A stretch of DNA of 32,000 nucleotides from Wolbachia endosymbiont strain TRS of Brugia malayi. GTDB taxonomy: Bacteria > Pseudomonadota > Alphaproteobacteria > Rickettsiales > Anaplasmataceae. The stretch lies in the NCBI RefSeq assembly GCF_000008385.1, contig NC_006833.1, positions 630,001 through 662,000 of the forward strand, in the 5' to 3' direction. The translations under genes were made by a program, and so were the position numbers. Each line of letters opens with the position of its first letter. The first letter of the stretch is position 1. This document shows, piece by piece, positions 28,352 to 32,000 of this stretch. Under the pieces are notes generated by a model that was given only the letters and a program-made list of their open reading frames with translations, had not been told where the DNA came from and ran no database searches.

Positions 28352-28456
28352 TAGTATGATTTAATTAACCAAGAAATAGAGATATTCACATGAAAAAATT
28401 ATGTAGTGAAGCTGAACGCCAGTGTCAGCTACTTTTATGACACCGAAGAAGGAAAT

Positions 28457-29848
28457 ATGGATAAAAAAACTAGAATAGAATCAGATAGTTTAGGGGAAGT
28501 AAAAGTACCAAGTGAACATTATTGGGGAGCACAAACGCAGCGTTCTTTGGAGAATTTTAAAATTGGTATGGAAAAAATGCCAGAGCCCATAATTAAAGCA
28601 TTAGCAATGGTAAAACTTGCAGCAGCGCGTGTAAATGTGAAGCATGGTACTATTGATGAAAAAGTAGGAAATGCAATCTGTGTAGCTGCGAAGGAAATAA
28701 TAGATGGTAAATTTAACAACGAATTTCCGCTCGTTGTGTGGCAAACTGGGTCTGGAACTCAAACTAACATGAACATAAATGAAGTGATAAGTAATCGCGC
28801 AATAGAGATTTTGGGCAGTAATTTGGGTAGTAAATTTCCAGTACATCCAAACGATCATGTGAATTACGGTCAGTCATCAAATGATACTTTTCCAACAGCA
28901 ATGCACATAGCAGCAGCAAAGCAGATAAACCATTCTCTTATTCCAAATCTTGAAGTGCTGCACAAAGCATTGAATGACAAGGTTCAGGAATTTAAAAATA
29001 TAATAAAAGTAGGACGTACTCATTTGCAAGATGCAACACCTCTAACACTAGGGCAGGAGTTTTCTGGCTATGCAGTTCAGATTAAAAAGGGAATAGAGAG
29101 AATAAAATCAACTCTGAGCAATTTATACGAGCTCGCACAAGGCGGTACTGCAGTTGGTACGGGGTTAAACACTAAAGAAGGTTTTGCTGAGGATTTTGCC
29201 AAAGAAGTTGCAGAAATTACCAATCTTCCATTTACTTCAGCAGACAACAAATTTGAAGCATTAGCAGCAAATGATGCTCTAGTTGAATTAAGTGGAACGC
29301 TTAATACAGTAGCAGTCAGTTTAATGAAAATTGCAAGTGATATAAGATTGCTCGGTTCTGGTCCAAGGTGTGGAATTGGAGAAATCACATTACCGGAAAA
29401 TGAGCCTGGTTCTTCAATTATGCCAGGTAAGGTAAATCCAACTCAGTGTGAGGCTGTGACTATGGTATGCGCTCAAGTTATGGGGAATCATGTTGCCGTA
29501 ACTGTCAGTGGTTCAAATGGCCATTTTGAATTGAATGTGTTTAAACCAGTGATAATTTACAATGTTTTGCAGTCTATAAGACTTTTAGCTGATGCAAGTT
29601 TGAATTTTACAGAAAAGTGTGTGATTGGTATTAAGGCAAATGAAAAGAGAATAAAAGATCTACTAAACCAGTCATTGATGTTGGTCACTATATTGAATAC
29701 ACATATAGGATATGACAATGCAGCAAAAATAGCAAAACTTGCTTATAAAGAAAATATCACTCTAAAAGAAGCAGCAGTGAAGCTTAAGCTACTCACTGAG
29801 CAAGAATTTGAAAGAATAGTAAAACCAGAAAAATTTATAAATCACTAG
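28457..29848 (+). CDS. fumC: Class II fumarate hydratase
   Basis: [30 protein letters not shown] is the N-terminus. [15 protein letters not shown] is the fumarate-lyase signature. I prefer the ATG at 28457 (RBS gaaggaaat) to the upstream GTG at 28406 used by the track, because the 17 extra residues have no FumC counterpart. Confidence 0.95.
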   Translation: MDKKTRIESDSLGEVKVPSEHYWGAQTQRSLENFKIGMEKMPEPIIKALAMVKLAAARVNVKHGTIDEKVGNAICVAAKEIIDGKFNNEFPLVVWQTGSGTQTNMNINEVISNRAIEILGSNLGSKFPVHPNDHVNYGQSSNDTFPTAMHIAAAKQINHSLIPNLEVLHKALNDKVQEFKNIIKVGRTHLQDATPLTLGQEFSGYAVQIKKGIERIKSTLSNLYELAQGGTAVGTGLNTKEGFAEDFAKEVAEITNLPFTSADNKFEALAANDALVELSGTLNTVAVSLMKIASDIRLLGSGPRCGIGEITLPENEPGSSIMPGKVNPTQCEAVTMVCAQVMGNHVAVTVSGSNGHFELNVFKPVIIYNVLQSIRLLADASLNFTEKCVIGIKANEKRIKDLLNQSLMLVTILNTHIGYDNAAKIAKLAYKENITLKEAAVKLKLLTEQEFERIVKPEKFINH

Positions 29849-30160
29849 TTTTACTGTTAATGTCTAAAGCGGTTTCTTTTATCTCCTTTATTCTCTTACC
29901 TCCTAATATTTTTAATTTCTCATCTTATCTGTAATAATTTCTCCTTATAATGCATAGTTCATCTGTAGAATTGTGATTCAATTTAGGGTAATATTCACAG
30001 TTGCAGTTTTCTTCGACACACTCGGCATCTGTAGGTAATGCTAATAGTAAAATATAAGTGCAAAGCTTTTCACACTGAATATTTAAGACTAATTGCGTTA
30101 TAAACCTATTAATAGTAAAGGAGAAGAACTTATCAATTTTCTGTCTTTTGGAGTATATAT

Positions 30161-30538
30161 CTATTTAATTATATTTCGTATTAGAAAACATCCTATTAGT
30201 GGAATTACAAGTGGAATGAGCCATAAAATGTAAGTACTAAATTTTACAGGTGGGACAATTATAATTGAATCTCCATAAGAATTTCTTAGCTCTGAAGTTA
30301 TTTGCTCGTCAGTATATCCATCACTGATTTTTTCACGAATCATTTTGCGCATATTATATGCAACTTGGGACCCGGACTCAGATAACGACTCACCAGAACA
30401 TATTGGACATTTTATCATTTCAAATAAATTAGTTGCTCGTTTTTCCATATTTTTGTCTCTGAGTTTGTCATCCAAAGTAAAAGCATTTGCGCTTGAGTAG
30501 AATATCAATATGAAAAGTAAACTAATTAATATTTTCAT
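30161..30538 (-). CDS. ccmH: Cytochrome c-type biogenesis protein CcmH/CycL
   Basis: It has a signal peptide (MKILISLLFILIFYSSANA), the motif IKCPICSGESLSESGSQVAYNMRKMI (CxxC thiol-redox motif) and a C-terminal TM anchor. Confidence 0.85.
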   Translation of the reverse strand: MKILISLLFILIFYSSANAFTLDDKLRDKNMEKRATNLFEMIKCPICSGESLSESGSQVAYNMRKMIREKISDGYTDEQITSELRNSYGDSIIIVPPVKFSTYILWLIPLVIPLIGCFLIRNIIK

Positions 30539-31571
30539 TCTTGGTTAGTTTGGTGATTTTACTTAGTTGGTTCATAAAATCAGTGGTGGATAACTTCCCA
30601 ATAAAACTTGACCCTAAGTTATCATCATATTTTATTGAAAATTGAATGCTGTCATCAGTTGTTTTTTCTGATAAGGAAGATATTAGTTTTTCAAACGCAT
30701 CTGAAGTTTTTGAGTGATTTTTCTCACCAGCCAAAAGCAAGATTAATTCTTTATAATTGGATACGGCCACATTAACCTTGTTTGTGAATGAAGAGGTAAT
30801 CAAGTTGTAATTTTGCACTCCACCATCTGCGGTAAGAGAAAAGTTATCACTCTGAATTAAAAATCTTTCTATATTGAAATTAACTCTGGAAGCTGAGATA
30901 TGACTTATAAACTCATAATCTAATTTAGTATCAATACTAAGATAATGTTCAGGACTTGCAACATTCTTGTATCGGTAGGTATAAAAATCAAATCCTAGCT
31001 TAGTGTTTCCGCTAGGTTCTTTATTGAAATGAAATTGAATGTAGTTACTTTTACCACCTGCTTCAGTTATAACACTTTGTTGATTTCCTGAAACATTGCA
31101 TTTTAATCCATAATCTTCGTAACGAAGTATGTTTACATAGTCTATCATGGTACTATTTTTAGTAAATCGCAACGAAGATGGTAAGTCGTTTAGCTTGATA
31201 ACAAAATGGTTGTTATTACTTGTGTAGCATTTTATATTCTTTTTCTCATCATCATGAGTAGTAATATTGACTTCATTGCTTGGTATATAGATGTACACCG
31301 ATTTATCGAATAACCTGTTTTTTATCAGCAAAGCTTCAGACGAAATAGTTAACTGCTCGTTAGAAAATTTTGGGTTTGTCATGTGGAAAGTTAGGCTAGA
31401 AGGAAATCCGCTGAAGTCATAGGAAACATCGAATTTTTCATCGTTAGTATATAATATTGTTTCAGCTAAAAGATTTTTTGTCTTCCATACAGAAAAATAC
31501 CAAAAACCACTGTAAGCTATGGGGACAAACAGAAATAAAGAAATTATTGTATAGATGAAAACCTTACGCAT
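30522..31571 (-). CDS. Conserved membrane-anchored hypothetical protein, possibly DUF2125 family
   Basis: 349 aa with an N-terminal TM helix. The segment ...YSGFWYFSVWKTKNLLAE...VSYDFSGFPSSLTF resembles the DUF2125 start (yWf.va...l......vsGFPfrl). The assignment is from memory only. It overlaps ccmH by 17 nt. Confidence 0.45.
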   Translation of the reverse strand: MRKVFIYTIISLFLFVPIAYSGFWYFSVWKTKNLLAETILYTNDEKFDVSYDFSGFPSSLTFHMTNPKFSNEQLTISSEALLIKNRLFDKSVYIYIPSNEVNITTHDDEKKNIKCYTSNNNHFVIKLNDLPSSLRFTKNSTMIDYVNILRYEDYGLKCNVSGNQQSVITEAGGKSNYIQFHFNKEPSGNTKLGFDFYTYRYKNVASPEHYLSIDTKLDYEFISHISASRVNFNIERFLIQSDNFSLTADGGVQNYNLITSSFTNKVNVAVSNYKELILLLAGEKNHSKTSDAFEKLISSLSEKTTDDSIQFSIKYDDNLGSSFIGKLSTTDFMNQLSKITKLTKNENIN

Positions 31572-31574
31572 AAC

Positions 31575-31934
31575 TTAATCGTTCCCTTGTTTATCCAGTG
31601 ATATATTTCTTGTACCCTTTGGTATGGTTACACATAAACCATCGATGTCTTTTGTAATTTTTATTTGGCATCCAAGCCTTGACGTCTCTGTTAAGCTAAA
31701 AGCTAGATCTAGCATATCATTTTCTTCATCAGATATAGGATTATGTGTTTCTACAGCATCATAAAAATTTTGATCAATAATTACATGACATGTAGAACAG
31801 GCAAGAGAGCCTTCGCATGCACCTTCAAGCAGATCAGGGTCACTTCTGTGAGCTAAATTAAGTAGAGTTTCCCCCTCTGCAGCTTCATAGCTTTTCTTAC
31901 TTCCATCAGGTAAAATAAAAGTGACAGATGGCAT
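31575..31934 (-). CDS. fdx: 2Fe-2S ferredoxin, adrenodoxin/ISC type
   Basis: The sequence VTFILPDGS...GACEGSLACSTCHVII...LTETSRLGCQI has the CX5CX2C...C cluster ligands and the typical adrenodoxin-like context. Confidence 0.9.
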   Translation of the reverse strand: MPSVTFILPDGSKKSYEAAEGETLLNLAHRSDPDLLEGACEGSLACSTCHVIIDQNFYDAVETHNPISDEENDMLDLAFSLTETSRLGCQIKITKDIDGLCVTIPKGTRNISLDKQGND

Positions 31935-32000
31935 ATTACCTTCCTATTAAGATCCTTACTAATTTTCCTATATCTTACAGGTAATAACTAGTATTTGCAA

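Noticed and set aside
28406-28456. GTG-initiated 17-codon N-terminal extension of fumC
   Set aside because: The extension ([17 protein letters not shown]) has no equivalent in FumC. An ATG with a good RBS at 28457 gives the canonical N-terminus.
28519-29388. Minus-strand ORFs 28519-28719, 28601-28858 and 29077-29388 inside fumC
   Set aside because: They are antisense shadow ORFs of a well-conserved class II fumarase.
29925-30160. Minus-strand frame encoding a Cys-rich peptide-like sequence (…LLLALPTDAECVEENCNCEYYPKLNHNSTDELCIIRRNYYR*) between fumC and ccmH
   Set aside because: The frame stays open up to the ccmH stop but contains no ATG, GTG or TTG start with an RBS, and it was not picked up by the ORF track. 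It could be a gene relic, but I cannot support it as a feature.

Overview
AT-rich, gene-dense chromosome segment from an Anaplasmataceae endosymbiont. The 16S rRNA and the short palindromic repeats that read VIPVLxTGIQ in frame look Wolbachia-like, judged from memory and not from a database search. Most of the window is housekeeping core. It holds a partial lolC/E, sdhDC placed directly downstream of an orphan 16S rRNA gene, and smr, rlmB, a BI-1/YccA-family gene and ctaG. It continues with murE, metC, bolA, dnaK, rne, rpmG, dnaE, the rpsF-rpsR-rplI operon, purB, a tRNA with a CAT anticodon, fumC, ccmH, a DUF2125-like gene and an adrenodoxin-type ferredoxin. Clear signs of reductive decay and past mobile DNA sit between these genes. 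They are multi-frameshift pseudogenes of manC and comF, a decayed serine-recombinase remnant next to an orphan XRE/HTH gene, and a decayed ankyrin-repeat gene just downstream of the tRNA. Two repeat families are also present. One is a roughly 340-450 bp dispersed element in three diverged copies. The other is a 25-70 bp palindromic element in at least four loci, one of them in frame inside murE. I found no CRISPR array, intact IS element, prophage or recognisable defence or secretion operon. The most unusual observations are a ~143-aa in-frame insertion in ribosomal protein S6, the coding palindromic element in murE, the dispersed repeat family whose inverted pair brackets 12 kb, and a lineage-specific 421-aa protein with a paired hydrophobic region. 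All homology calls rest on my own reading of the translations, because no searches were possible.
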